Assembly (NCBI GenBank): GCA_017404545.1
Contig: JAFRCC010000005.1
Location: 38,227 to 70,226, forward strand
DNA from: Clostridia bacterium
Lineage (GTDB): Bacteria > Bacillota > Clostridia > TANB77 > CAG-508
Direction of reading: 5' to 3'
DNA: 32,000 bases
Shown here: in pieces, positions 15,827 to 25,908 of the stretch
Layout of the letters: each line of letters starts with the position of its first letter
Position numbering within the stretch: the first letter of the stretch is position 1
Translations under genes and position numbers: made by a program
The notes under the pieces: generated by a model
What the model saw: only the letters and a program-made list of their open reading frames with translations
Told to the model about the DNA's origin: nothing
Databases searched by the model: none

Positions 15827-17842
15827 TTATTGTTGTTCATTTGTAATAGTAACTGATGACTCATCAGTTGATTCATCATTGTCATCAGAATCATTTGATG
15901 GTGTCGGCTCAGAATCTGGTGTAGGTTTTGGTGATGATTCTTGAACAACTTTTGTTCCTTTTGCAATAACTTGGTTGTGTGGCTTATATGTATCACTATT
16001 AATTAGTGTTCTAGAAACTTCTTGCCCATCCTTATATAAAATTTTATATGTTACAGATTTACATCCATTTGAACCAGCGCGAGTTACTCTTGTTGTTCCA
16101 GCAGGCATAGAATTATCATCTACATACTCTGTTGAAAATGGTATAGAACCTGTTTTCGAAGATTGAATTTTAACCTCATAATCATCAGATGATTTTACAC
16201 CATATATAGTAACAGATATTCTACCACTACCGGCTGATGCGATAACCTTTATAGGATATTCTCTATTATTTTTAAATTTAAAGTCTGGTGATTGCCATGA
16301 AACTGTTGCATCTTGACCGGCTGGAACATAAGAAGGTTCAAAGGTGTGATTTGTACGAGCCACAATTTCAAGGTTACAAAGCAAAGTAGCGTTATACAAT
16401 GTAGAGGAAACTTGACATATTCCTCCACCAACTTCTGTGGATACCTGACCATTTACATATGCACCAGCTTCTCTATAACCTCTAGCTGCAGTTCTTTGAC
16501 CTAATGCACCATTGTATGAAAATGTTTCACCAGGCATTAACACCCATCCATTTACGGAACTAGCAGCAAGCGAAATGTTTGTTGATCTATTATAGTTTGA
16601 AGAAGCATATGTTGTTGAATATGTTGCAAGTTGATCTGGAAATGCTTCCTGAGGTAACGATCTAACTGTTACTTTAGGTTTTAGAACTTTTAAAGGAATT
16701 GTATATGTTTCCTGTCTATCTGCTACCATTGCTCTAGCTTCATCAAGAGAAATGGCAAAATCTAAACCATTTTCTTCTTTGTGCAATTCGTATGGATTCA
16801 CATTAAACGTTGCATCTACAGGCTCTTTATATACTTCATCATAGATAGCGTCAATATTTACATCGTCTGTATGATATTGCTCAACAGGTATTTCAATATT
16901 TAAATTATTACCTGCCAAAGCAGAATATATAGTATCCTTCAATTGTTTACGATTTATTCTGTATCCGTCAGTTCCACTTGAGATAATTAATTTATTATCT
17001 TCAATTTTGTAATTTGAATTAACAGCTTTATCTGGCAATTGAGAATCAATTTCATCGAATTTTTCGTTTAATAAATCAACATTATAATTAATAGGTGGTG
17101 TAATATTTGTTTTATTTAACAACGAATTAATTATTGTAAAATTATTTGAAAATATATTGCCTCCAGATCTCCCAATACTATATGCGGATTCTACAGAATC
17201 TTCCAAATTATATCTTGCTTCGATTGAATTAGCATTTACGACAGAGCTATATTCTCCTCTACTTAGCACGATATCTTTATTAAAATCATCCTTTAATTCG
17301 GTGGCAAGTTTTGACAAAGCTTCAGATTTAGTTAAATTTGAAATATCGACTCCATTAATAGAAACTCCCGAAATTATTTTATCATTAAAAGAAGTTCTTA
17401 TTCCAAAAGCTGTGGATAATATAGAAATAAGCAATGCAGAAACTATTATTAACGAAATTATAATTTTTTTCCTAGATAATTTCTTGTTTTTTAACTTTTT
17501 TAATTGCATTGTTTCATCGACACCTTTTTTTGAATCGGTGTTACTTTTATCATCTTTTTTTGAAGACTTTCTTTCTTTGAAGAATTCTTCAACTTCTTTT
17601 TTATCAATTATTTTTTTCCCTTTATCGTCCTTCTTTTCAGTTGTATCTTTTTTATTAGATTTTTTAAAATTAGCAGAAATATCTTTACTGTTTTCCGTAT
17701 TTTTTTTCACTGAAATTTGATTTTCTGTTTTCTCTTGAAGTGTTTCAGTTTGAGTTATACTTTTGTCAACATTTTTAATTTCCCCTTGTGCCTCGTTTTT
17801 TGTGGGCAAATTATTTTCTAACTTCTCCATATTCATCTCCAT
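15827..17842 (-). CDS. VanW-domain / G5-domain membrane-anchored envelope protein
   Basis: Lys/Glu-rich N-terminal tail, one TM (IIISLIIVSALLISILSTAFGI), VanW hallmark GGGICQVSSTLYNA, G5-like TRVTRAGSNGCKSVTYKILYKDGQEVSRTLINSDTYKPHNQVIAKGT, and an acidic S/P/D/E tail. The exact start among several ATGs (17842/17836/17830) is uncertain. Confidence 0.85.
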   Translation of the reverse strand: MEMNMEKLENNLPTKNEAQGEIKNVDKSITQTETLQEKTENQISVKKNTENSKDISANFKKSNKKDTTEKKDDKGKKIIDKKEVEEFFKERKSSKKDDKSNTDSKKGVDETMQLKKLKNKKLSRKKIIISLIIVSALLISILSTAFGIRTSFNDKIISGVSINGVDISNLTKSEALSKLATELKDDFNKDIVLSRGEYSSVVNANSIEARYNLEDSVESAYSIGRSGGNIFSNNFTIINSLLNKTNITPPINYNVDLLNEKFDEIDSQLPDKAVNSNYKIEDNKLIISSGTDGYRINRKQLKDTIYSALAGNNLNIEIPVEQYHTDDVNIDAIYDEVYKEPVDATFNVNPYELHKEENGLDFAISLDEARAMVADRQETYTIPLKVLKPKVTVRSLPQEAFPDQLATYSTTYASSNYNRSTNISLAASSVNGWVLMPGETFSYNGALGQRTAARGYREAGAYVNGQVSTEVGGGICQVSSTLYNATLLCNLEIVARTNHTFEPSYVPAGQDATVSWQSPDFKFKNNREYPIKVIASAGSGRISVTIYGVKSSDDYEVKIQSSKTGSIPFSTEYVDDNSMPAGTTRVTRAGSNGCKSVTYKILYKDGQEVSRTLINSDTYKPHNQVIAKGTKVVQESSPKPTPDSEPTPSNDSDDNDESTDESSVTITNEQQ

Positions 17843-17926
17843 TTATTTTCTTAATATAATTATTATACTACAAAATTCGATTATGTAAAGAATATTTATC
17901 AAAGAAAATTTAATAATATATGTATA

Positions 17927-17954
17927 TTGAAAACTATGTTTTTAATGATATAAT
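17927..17954 (+). promoter_or_regulatory. Putative sigma-A promoter of the aminopeptidase gene
   Basis: TTGAAA (17927-17932), 16-nt spacer containing TG, TATAAT (17949-17954). Confidence 0.55.
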
Positions 17955-17985
17955 TAGAACGTAAAACAAGAAAACGAAAGGAGAA

Positions 17986-19395
17986 ATGAAAATGTCTGAA
18001 GCTACAAAACTTCAAAAAAGTTTATTCAACGATAAAAGAAATGGATGGGCTGATTTAAGTGAAGAAAAAAAGAATGAGATATATAATTATTGTAACTCAT
18101 ATATGGAATTTTTAAACAATGGAAAAACAGAAAGAGAAATTGTAAAAGAATCAAAGAATATTGCTGATTCAAATGGATTTAAAAATATAGAGGAAGTTGA
18201 ATCATTAAAACCAGGAGACAAGGTATATTATATTAATAAAAAGAAAGCAATGTATCTTGCTGTTATTGGATATGATAATATAGAGAATGGAATAAATGTG
18301 ATAGGAGCTCATGCAGATTCTCCACGTTTAGACTTAAAACCAAATCCATTATATGAGGATGATGGTTTTGCATTTTTTAAAACTCAATACTATGGTGGTA
18401 TAAAAAAATACCAATGGACAACGATTCCACTTGCTATACATGGGGTTATTGTGAAGAAAAACGGGGAATCCGTAGAAGTTAATATAGGTGAAAATGAAAA
18501 TGATCCTGTATTCGTAATTACAGATTTACTTCCACATTTGGCACAGGAACAAATGCAAAGAAAGCTTGGTGATGGAATAAAAGGAGAAGAGCTAAATATA
18601 TTGATTGGCAGTATTCCATATAACGATAGTGAAGTAAGTGAAAAAGTAAAACTTAATATATTGAATCTACTAAATAAAAAATATGGAATTGTGGAAGCTG
18701 ACTTCTTAAGTGCAGAGCTTGAAATCGTTCCAGCATTCAAGGCAAGAAGTTTAGGGTTTGATGAAAGCATGATTGCTGCATATGGTCAGGATGATAAAAT
18801 ATGTGTATATACTTCTTTATCAGCCTTAATGAATGTACAAAATCCAAAAACAACAGCTGTATGTTTAATTGCAGATAAAGAAGAAATTGGAAGTATGGGG
18901 AATACTGGAATGCAATCAAATGTGTTTGATACTTTTATTTCTGAAATTTTAAATAAATTAGGTGTTAACAAGCCAAATATGCTTGATAAAGTATTTTGCA
19001 ACTCAAAGATGCTTTCAGCTGATGTAGACGCTGGCTTTGATCCTACGTTTGCTTCGGTAGCTGAAAAGAATAATGCGTCTTATTTAGGAAGAGGTATTGG
19101 ATTAAATAAATATACAGGTGGTCGTGGAAAAGGTGGATCATCAGACGCAAATGCTGAATTTGTTGCATATATAAGGAATATGCTAGAAAATAATAATTTA
19201 GCATATCAAATTGCTGAACTTGGAAAAGTTGACTTAGGTGGTGGTGGAACCATAGCATATATTTTAGCAAACAAAGGTATGGATGTTATAGATTGCGGCG
19301 TTCCAGTTTTGTCAATGCATGCTCCATATGAAGTAACAAGTAAATTTGATGTTTATACAGCTTTTGAAACATACAAAACATTTTTTAATTTATAA
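17986..19395 (+). CDS. M18-family aminopeptidase
   Basis: IGAHADSPRLDLKPNP, ADKEEIGSMG and VLSMHAPYE motifs are typical of M18 (aspartyl/aminopeptidase 1-type) enzymes. ATG 17992 has better SD spacing than 17986. Confidence 0.85.
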   Translation: MKMSEATKLQKSLFNDKRNGWADLSEEKKNEIYNYCNSYMEFLNNGKTEREIVKESKNIADSNGFKNIEEVESLKPGDKVYYINKKKAMYLAVIGYDNIENGINVIGAHADSPRLDLKPNPLYEDDGFAFFKTQYYGGIKKYQWTTIPLAIHGVIVKKNGESVEVNIGENENDPVFVITDLLPHLAQEQMQRKLGDGIKGEELNILIGSIPYNDSEVSEKVKLNILNLLNKKYGIVEADFLSAELEIVPAFKARSLGFDESMIAAYGQDDKICVYTSLSALMNVQNPKTTAVCLIADKEEIGSMGNTGMQSNVFDTFISEILNKLGVNKPNMLDKVFCNSKMLSADVDAGFDPTFASVAEKNNASYLGRGIGLNKYTGGRGKGGSSDANAEFVAYIRNMLENNNLAYQIAELGKVDLGGGGTIAYILANKGMDVIDCGVPVLSMHAPYEVTSKFDVYTAFETYKTFFNL

Positions 19396-19480
19396 AATAT
19401 TATTAAAAATAACTATTGAATTATTTAGTAAACTCGCATAGAATATAGGATATAAAAATTGAAAAGTATGAGGAGTAAAA

Positions 19481-20590
19481 ATGAAATTAGCCGTAGATGA
19501 GATAAGAAAAAAAGAAGTGGATTACAAAAATGAAAAGCGAGATCCTAAAAAAAGAAAAAATAAAGGTAGTAAGTCAAAAAAGGTATTCAAGGTAATCCTT
19601 AATATGGCGATTATTGGAGGTGCTTTGGGGCTATTCTTATTGTATGGTCCATTTGAAAAATTTAGGGCATGGTATATAACAACTGCAATGACAACAATGC
19701 ATCATCAATATTTAGCAACTTGGTTTTATAGTGAAGAAACAATAAATAATGTTCTTTCAAATAATAGAGTGATTGAAGTTGAAGGAGAAACTGATACATC
19801 ACTAATAAATACTGACTCAACTGAGCAACCAATAACATATGAAAATGAATATGAAAGAGCAGTTTTGGAAAAGGATCAAAATCACCCAGAATACAAGATA
19901 ATAGATATAAAAGAAAAAAATTTTGAAGGATATTTGGCTGTAGTATATGACGCATCAAAAATTCATACCTTAGTTACTTCAAAATTAAACGTTTCTGGAC
20001 AATATGTAACAACAATGGCTGAAAATAGTAAAGCTGTATTAGCAATAAATGGTGGAGGGTTTGAAGATTTAAATCACAATAGTACAGGAGGTAGCCCTTT
20101 AGGTTTAACAATTGCAAACGGCAAAGTAATTACCAGTAAATCATACGGAGGCGCTGGAGGTGTTATTGGATTTGATGAAGATGACAAATTAGTACTTGGA
20201 AGATGGACAGCAGCACAAGCAAAAGAAAAAAATGTAAGAGATGCAGTTACATGTGGACCATTTTTAATAATGAATGGAGAAGCATCAACTGTTGTTGGTA
20301 ATGGTGGTTGGGGAGATGCTCCAAGAACTGCTATAGGACAGCGAAGAGATGGAATAGTATTGTGGCTTGTTGTTGACGGAAGAAGAGTCGGCATGCCAGG
20401 AGCAGATATGGACGATTTAATTCAAATTATGCAGAGATATGGTGCATATAATGCATCTGCACTAGATGGAGGCACATCTAGTGTAATGGTTGAAAACTAT
20501 AAAGTGATAAATGATCCAATAGATAGCACTGGTGCGCATAAAACAAGACCAATTGCAACAGGATTCGGATTAATTTTGGAAGATGATTAA
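19481..20590 (+). CDS. Phosphodiester glycosidase family protein (DUF2233/NAGPA-like), N-terminally membrane-anchored
   Basis: TM segment VILNMAIIGGALGLFLLYG, then AINGGGF, PRTAIGQRRDG and ALDGGTSS motifs. Confidence 0.8.
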   Translation: MKLAVDEIRKKEVDYKNEKRDPKKRKNKGSKSKKVFKVILNMAIIGGALGLFLLYGPFEKFRAWYITTAMTTMHHQYLATWFYSEETINNVLSNNRVIEVEGETDTSLINTDSTEQPITYENEYERAVLEKDQNHPEYKIIDIKEKNFEGYLAVVYDASKIHTLVTSKLNVSGQYVTTMAENSKAVLAINGGGFEDLNHNSTGGSPLGLTIANGKVITSKSYGGAGGVIGFDEDDKLVLGRWTAAQAKEKNVRDAVTCGPFLIMNGEASTVVGNGGWGDAPRTAIGQRRDGIVLWLVVDGRRVGMPGADMDDLIQIMQRYGAYNASALDGGTSSVMVENYKVINDPIDSTGAHKTRPIATGFGLILEDD

Positions 20591-20597
20591 TAGAAAG

Positions 20598-20622
20598 CTC
20601 TGGTTTTAAACCAGAGTTTTCT
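20598..20622 (+). terminator. Rho-independent terminator
   Basis: CTCTGGTTT / AAACCAGAG stem (20598-20616) followed by TTTTCTT, starting 8 nt after the stop. Confidence 0.75.
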
Positions 20623-20657
20623 TATGTAAATTCTTATAAATTTTTTTATAAAAGTAC

Positions 20658-20686
20658 TTGAATTTACAAAAATAATGTGTTATATT
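20658..20686 (+). promoter_or_regulatory. Putative promoter of tRNA-Pro
   Basis: TTGAAT (20658-20663), 17-nt spacer ending in TGT, TATATT (20681-20686), about 30 nt upstream of the tRNA. Confidence 0.55.
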
Positions 20687-20717
20687 GAATAAGTACTTTT
20701 TAGGAAGTATAAGCAAT

Positions 20718-20793
20718 CGAGGTGTAGCGCAGTTGGTAGCGCGCGTGGTTTGGGACCATGAGGTCGCAGGTTCGATCCCTGTCACCTCGACCA
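20718..20793 (+). tRNA. tRNA-Pro (anticodon UGG), CCA encoded
   Basis: Hand-folded cloverleaf. Acceptor CGAGGTG/CACCTCG, D stem GCGC/GCGC, anticodon stem CGTGG/CCATG with loop TTTGGGA, T arm GCAGG-TTCGATC-CCTGT, discriminator A, CCA. Confidence 0.93.
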
Positions 20794-20794
20794 T
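20782..20794 (+). repeat. attL core (direct repeat, part of the tRNA-Pro 3' end)
   Basis: TCACCTCGACCAT, identical to 31961-31973. Confidence 0.8.
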
Positions 20795-20904
20795 TTACTT
20801 TATGCATTTGAAGCATAAAAAAGAGCATATACAAGAAGCTTTTAAAAGCTTAAAGACGGCATTATTTCAACGAAATGAGATAATGTTTTTTTTATTGTTA
20901 AAAA

Positions 20905-21056
20905 CATTATTAAATCAAGTTTTAGCATTATTTACTGTTCTAGAATTATTTTCTAGAACGAAGGATTTATTTCTAGAAAATTTCCACAAAAAATAAAAGA
21001 GAATATCATTGTTAAATCAAGCGTTTGCAGGTTTGTTCTAGAAATGTTCTAGAAAT
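20905..21056. repeat. Arm-type repeat array: five TTCTAGAA palindromes in two CATTNTTAAATCAAG-led units
   Basis: TTCTAGAA at 20938, 20951, 20971, 21036 and 21047. CATTATTAAATCAAG (20905-20919) and CATTGTTAAATCAAG (21007-21021) head the two units. Confidence 0.7.
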
Positions 21057-21181
21057 TTAAGCAAATCTGGAAAAAGGAGGCTTTGAAAAGTAAAGAAAAA
21101 TAAAGAGATAGGTATGCAAGTCAGTATACCTAAAAATTACTATTAAATTAAATTTTAGATGAAATAGGAGATGAAGTATAG

Positions 21182-21523
21182 ATGAATGAAGAATATGCAA
21201 AATTATTTGATAATGCTTTTAAATGTAATATAAGTAAAAAAATAAGACTCGATATGACAATGTTAAATAAAATTTACGAATGTTTTGAAAATGATATTTA
21301 TGTACCAACTAATTTTCAGAAAACATTGTCAAAACAAAGAGCAAAAAAATATGTTGAAGTAACTAATATACTAGATAATAAACAACGAAAAGCATTTGAT
21401 GAATATTTTGAAATCGAAAATGAAATACAAATTGATATTGAAAAACAGCTTTTTATATTTGGATTTTTAGTTGCAAAAGAATTAGATGTAGAATGTAAGA
21501 GCATTATAAAGCAAAATGAATAA
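21182..21523 (+). CDS. Hypothetical protein (113 aa)
   Basis: AGGAGA SD 8-9 nt upstream. Helical, acidic protein with no recognisable motif. Confidence 0.6.
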   Translation: MNEEYAKLFDNAFKCNISKKIRLDMTMLNKIYECFENDIYVPTNFQKTLSKQRAKKYVEVTNILDNKQRKAFDEYFEIENEIQIDIEKQLFIFGFLVAKELDVECKSIIKQNE

Positions 21524-21796
21524 AGATTCTTTTTATTTATTAAATGTAAAATATTATTGCTAAAATGGGTGTGATATATCATTGCAGCAGAGACAGTTAT
21601 AGCTAAATTAAGTTTTTAGTTTATTAAGTGTGCTCATTTTTCATTCTTAAATACTGTACAATGGAAGTTGATATTGAATAGCTATAATTAAAACGAGAAT
21701 CAAATTTAACAAGTTTTTGCAATACAGACATCAAATAATATATATGACAAATAAATGTTAAGAAAAAGAGCAGAGAATAATATCTTTGCTCTTAAT

Positions 21797-22027
21797 TTAT
21801 TGCTGCTCGTCATCGGTTTTTACGAATAAGTCATTAACATCACAATTTAGAATTGAACAGAGTTTTTCTATATATTCGTAGCGAATTGATTTTGTTTTGT
21901 TTTCAACTAAAGCATTGAAATTTGTGTAACTAATTGAACCTCTATTATTTAGCTGATTAAAAAGCCAATATTTTGATTTGTTCTGCTGTTTTAGAATTGC
22001 AACAACATTTAATTTTAACATACACAT
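21797..22027 (-). CDS. Small XRE/Cro-type helix-turn-helix regulator
   Basis: LKLNVVAILKQQNKSKYWLFNQL…ISYTNFNALVENKTKSIRYEYIEKLCSILNCDVNDLF matches the HTH_3/HTH_26 pattern. The likely start is ATG 22021 (GGAGG SD). It is divergent from the cargo operon. Confidence 0.75.
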   Translation of the reverse strand: MCMLKLNVVAILKQQNKSKYWLFNQLNNRGSISYTNFNALVENKTKSIRYEYIEKLCSILNCDVNDLFVKTDDEQQ

Positions 22028-22209
22028 ACCTCCGAGATAAGGGGACTTTATAGTAGTGTATATAAATCTAATAAAATTATTAACTCATAAATAAATAACT
22101 CACAAAAACAATATACAAATTTTAAAAAGTATGCTAAAATTATAAGTAGAATTATGTTAAATAGCACTAAAAAAAGAGATAATAAACTGATGACGAGGGG
22201 GGATTTCTT

Positions 22210-22875
22210 ATGGAGGAAAAGAAAATAGAAGTCGACAAGAAAATACTTATGAAAATTATCACGATTTTATTGTTAATTGTTGCAATAACAATAGTAGCAT
22301 CCATAGCAGTAAAGCCAAACAAAAAAGATGTATCAAGAATAAGTGATACAAGCGATAGTTCACAAACTACGAATATAAATGAAAAGAAATACTATGACTT
22401 TATTAGTACAGATTATTATACATTTAATTTTTCGGAGCGTGAATTAGAGAATATAATATTTGACGGAAAAAATTGTACATATTATGGTTTCAATAAATCT
22501 GTTTCAACAAAAGATTCTAACACTTCACTATACAGTAGATTAACAACAGCTCAAAATATAAGTGGAACAGAAATATTAAGTATTACGACAGATGTAAGTA
22601 ATCACAAAGTTAAATCAATTAAATATAGCTTTGTAGCATACAATACTCTTTCACAAAGCGAAGCTGACTACATTTTACAATTAGCACTATCTGCTGCTTT
22701 GGCATGGTGTTCAGGCTATAGTACTATGACGACAGTAAGCGATGAGGCAATGAATGCAATTGATTCTTTAATTGAAGATATTAATAATAGGGAGATAAAT
22801 AATAAAGGATTAAATGTTTATACATTATATCCTGATGCAAGGACTGTAGAACTTTATATTGAACCAATTAAATAA
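22210..22875 (+). CDS. Membrane-anchored hypothetical protein (N-terminal TM + extracytoplasmic domain)
   Basis: GAGGGGGG SD. TM segment ILMKIITILLLIVAITIVASIAV. First gene of a tightly spaced four-gene operon. Confidence 0.7.
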   Translation: MEEKKIEVDKKILMKIITILLLIVAITIVASIAVKPNKKDVSRISDTSDSSQTTNINEKKYYDFISTDYYTFNFSERELENIIFDGKNCTYYGFNKSVSTKDSNTSLYSRLTTAQNISGTEILSITTDVSNHKVKSIKYSFVAYNTLSQSEADYILQLALSAALAWCSGYSTMTTVSDEAMNAIDSLIEDINNREINNKGLNVYTLYPDARTVELYIEPIK

Positions 22876-22902
22876 ACAAATGAAAAAAGGAGGTATTGTG
22901 AG

Positions 22903-24015
22903 ATGATGAGTAATGAGCAAAAAGATAATAATAGAAGAATAAACATGGTATTGAATATAGTCATTATTGTATTAAGTATCATATTAATCGCAACAAGTGT
23001 ATATGCATATATCAATAAAAATACAAGAAAAGATATGGTCGATAGTGACAGTAATTACAAAGAAATTGAAAGTAAATATCCTGTTGCAACTGTAGATGTT
23101 AAAAACTGCGGAAAATTTAAAATAGAACTATATGATGATATTGCATCAGATACTGTAAAGAATTTTATTATTTTAGCTAATAATGGATTTTATGATGGAT
23201 TGACCTTTCATAGAATAGTAGATGATTTTATTATTCAAGGAGGAGACCCGAATGGAGATGGTACAGGACATGCTATGGTAAGTGATTTGAATAAAAACAT
23301 AAAAAAAGGCAGTGAAAAAGATTTTTCTTACAGTATCAAAGGTGAATTTTCAAAAAATGGATTTGAAAATAACCTAAAATTTGAAAAAGGTATTGTTGGA
23401 ATGGCAAGAGCGGATTACGGTGCATATGGTTTATATAAAGAGGGATATAATTCTGCAAGTTCACAATTTTTTATTGTTACTACGGATGACGAGAAAAAGA
23501 TGCAAAGACTAGATGGAGAATATGCAGTATTTGGAAAAGTTATAGAAGGGTACGATGTTGTAGAAAAAATATCAAATGCTGATGTAATAGATGATAAACC
23601 AGAGCAAGAAATAAAAATTGAAAGCATAAAAGTTGATACAAAAAATAAGGAATATGAATATCCATATACGATAAATTTTGAAAAAATAAATGAGGAAGTA
23701 GATAAATACAAAGAGACGTACGAGAATTTTTATTCTAGCTATAGTGATAATATAGAGCAACAGAACTCAAGCAATGAAAATAAAAATAATGAGGAAGACT
23801 CTCATTATGATAATTCGAGCGAAAGTTCAAGTAATGAAAATTTAGTAGATATAATACATAAAAAATATCCAGAAACTAATAAAGACGGAATCATATGTTA
23901 CGACAACTATAATAATTACTGGATGTTAGATGAGGAAGGAAAAAAAGTATATTTTAATGACTTAGAGAGCTTTGAAAAAGTATATAGCAAATATAAATAT
24001 CTACATGTTAAATAA
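22903..24015 (+). CDS. Membrane-anchored cyclophilin-type peptidyl-prolyl cis-trans isomerase with Ser/Asn/Glu-rich linker and extra C-terminal domain
   Basis: TM segment MVLNIVIIVLSIILIATSVYAYI. Cyclophilin motifs FHRIVDDFIIQGGDPNGDGTG, GIVGMAR, SQFFIVT and VFGKVIEGYDVV. About 110 extra C-terminal residues. Confidence 0.88.
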   Translation: MMSNEQKDNNRRINMVLNIVIIVLSIILIATSVYAYINKNTRKDMVDSDSNYKEIESKYPVATVDVKNCGKFKIELYDDIASDTVKNFIILANNGFYDGLTFHRIVDDFIIQGGDPNGDGTGHAMVSDLNKNIKKGSEKDFSYSIKGEFSKNGFENNLKFEKGIVGMARADYGAYGLYKEGYNSASSQFFIVTTDDEKKMQRLDGEYAVFGKVIEGYDVVEKISNADVIDDKPEQEIKIESIKVDTKNKEYEYPYTINFEKINEEVDKYKETYENFYSSYSDNIEQQNSSNENKNNEEDSHYDNSSESSSNENLVDIIHKKYPETNKDGIICYDNYNNYWMLDEEGKKVYFNDLESFEKVYSKYKYLHVK

Positions 24016-24041
24016 CTAATGAAAAAAAGTGAGGTGAGAAT

Positions 24042-24800
24042 ATGTTTTGTGAAAAATGTGGAGCTAAAATAAAAAGAGGTTCAAGATTTTGTGAAAAATG
24101 CGGACAGAAAATTGAGGAAAAATCATCAACAAATAAAAAAAATATTTATATTGCTGTTTCAGTTATATTAATTTTAGTATGTATTTGTGCGATATTACTA
24201 TGCATATTTAATACAAAAAATAAAGATGTTGTAATATCTAAAGACGATATAGACATTAGTAAAAATAAGAGCACAAAAGATGCAATGTCACTAAATGTAG
24301 ACGCTACTTTATCAGAATCAGGTGCATATTTATATGTTTCAGAAGATGAGATGATTAATGCAATTGAAAGGTGTAATAAAAAATATAATTATAAATTAAA
24401 GTATAGTAAATCAGAATCAGCAAACATGTCATTTATTACATATAGTAAGAATAATAAAGATGTAATTTTAATGAGTATGTATTTCAATATTTTTGGAGTT
24501 GTTGATTCTATACAGATTAACTTAGAAGATGAAAAAAACATGGAATATCTTGACAATATTCTGCAAGAAGCTACTTCTTCAAGATTAAAAGAATGCATTA
24601 TAAAGAGTGCAAATGAATTAAAAGAGTGTGAATACAGATTTTACGAAAATATTTATTATTTTAAAGCACAAAATATGTTAGTAATTTTCCCAGGTGATGA
24701 AACAGCAAAAGATGCGTTTTTGGATAGATTAAATGATGAGAATAATCAAGAGGTTTTAAATCCAAACAAACTTAGTATCAAAGAGAATCCAGCTAAGTAA
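24042..24800 (+). CDS. Zinc-ribbon + TM + extracytoplasmic-domain protein
   Basis: N-terminal MFCEKCGAKIKRGSRFCEKCGQKI (double CxxC zinc ribbon) and TM segment IYIAVSVILILVCICAILLCIF. Confidence 0.75.
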   Translation: MFCEKCGAKIKRGSRFCEKCGQKIEEKSSTNKKNIYIAVSVILILVCICAILLCIFNTKNKDVVISKDDIDISKNKSTKDAMSLNVDATLSESGAYLYVSEDEMINAIERCNKKYNYKLKYSKSESANMSFITYSKNNKDVILMSMYFNIFGVVDSIQINLEDEKNMEYLDNILQEATSSRLKECIIKSANELKECEYRFYENIYYFKAQNMLVIFPGDETAKDAFLDRLNDENNQEVLNPNKLSIKENPAK

Positions 24801-24825
24801 CAGAAGAAATGGTAGGTGATGAAGA

Positions 24826-25908
24826 ATGTATTGTCGTAAATGTGGAAATGAAATAAAAAAAGGTGAGATGTTTTGTAGTAAATGTGGTAAAAAAATTAAG
24901 GTGTCTGCTCAAAATGTTGAAGCTAAAACAACTATAAATATTAAAAATAAAAAAATGATGATTATTATGATTGGAACAATAGCTACGCTTATATTGATAG
25001 TATTATTAGCAATAATTGTTCCAAAGTTAAAGACAAATCTTGAAGAGCAAAAATATCAAAAAGAGCTACAAAAGGATTTAGATACAATGAATATTACTTT
25101 AAATCAAGATGAAATAAAACTACCTGTAAATAAAGAGTATAGTGAAGAGATATACAGCAATCAGATTGATTTAGACATCTTAGAAAACTCTTCAGATTAT
25201 AGCAAGTATGAAAAATTTGTTGATGAATATGGTGGTGGTTTGTTAAATATTACTGGAAATGTTGATATAAATAAAATTGGAGAATACGAAGTTGTATTTG
25301 AAGTAATATCAGAAAAGCAAAACAAGAAATCAAAGAAACTTTTAGTAAAAGTGGAAGACATGAAAAAACCTGAAATATCCTTTGATGTTGCTAAAGTTGA
25401 GATAAAAAAAGGTGCAGAGATAAATGTGTTAGAAGGAGTTACGGCAACAGATAACGTTGATAGTACAGAAGCTCTTAATGAAAAAATCGAAACGGAAGGA
25501 ACAGTGGATATAAATACAGTTGGAACATATAAAATTAAATACAGAGTTAAAGATTCGGCTGGCCTTGTAACTGAAGCAGAGCGAGAATATTCTGTTATAG
25601 AGCCAATAAGCATCCAAAAAGAAAAAACATACACTTGCAGGATATATGCAGCGGCATATGATAATGGGTATGCTACAGCAACAGTAGTTTTTCATGACAA
25701 TAATAGAATTAATTTTAATGACATAGATGGGATGGATAAGATTTCATATGCTGGAACTTATACTGTAGATAATGATATTGTGACTGCAAATGTTTCATAT
25801 TATTCCATGGAATTAGGAATAGATGATAATTTAAAAATAAAATTTAGGATTCTAGATAATAATTCTGTTAAAGATATGACGAATGGTCGTGTATATAAAA
25901 CAAGTTAA
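24826..25908 (+). CDS. Zinc-ribbon + TM + Ig-like (DUF5011-type) domain protein
   Basis: MYCRKCGNEIKKGEMFCSKCGKKI and TM segment MMIIMIGTIATLILIVLLAIIV. GVTATDNVDSTEALNEKIETEGTVDINTVGTYKIKYRVKDSAGLVTEAEREYSV resembles bacterial Ig-like/DUF5011 domains. Confidence 0.75.
   Translation: MYCRKCGNEIKKGEMFCSKCGKKIKVSAQNVEAKTTINIKNKKMMIIMIGTIATLILIVLLAIIVPKLKTNLEEQKYQKELQKDLDTMNITLNQDEIKLPVNKEYSEEIYSNQIDLDILENSSDYSKYEKFVDEYGGGLLNITGNVDINKIGEYEVVFEVISEKQNKKSKKLLVKVEDMKKPEISFDVAKVEIKKGAEINVLEGVTATDNVDSTEALNEKIETEGTVDINTVGTYKIKYRVKDSAGLVTEAEREYSVIEPISIQKEKTYTCRIYAAAYDNGYATATVVFHDNNRINFNDIDGMDKISYAGTYTVDNDIVTANVSYYSMELGIDDNLKIKFRILDNNSVKDMTNGRVYKTS

Noticed and set aside
17157-17720. 187-aa plus-strand ORF opposite the VanW-domain gene.
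   Set aside because: It is the antisense shadow of the Lys/Glu-rich low-complexity N-terminus of the VanW protein (F/S/L-rich translation), with no SD.
20606-20996. Track ORFs 20606-20794 (-) and 20685-20996 (+).
   Set aside because: Both run through the tRNA-Pro gene and the att/arm repeats. They are artefacts of an open frame across RNA and regulatory DNA.
20938-21054. The TTCTAGAA repeats as a CRISPR-like array or tandem satellite.
   Set aside because: The units are 8-bp palindromes with irregular 3-57-nt spacing and there are no cas genes. They fit arm-type protein-binding sites next to attL.
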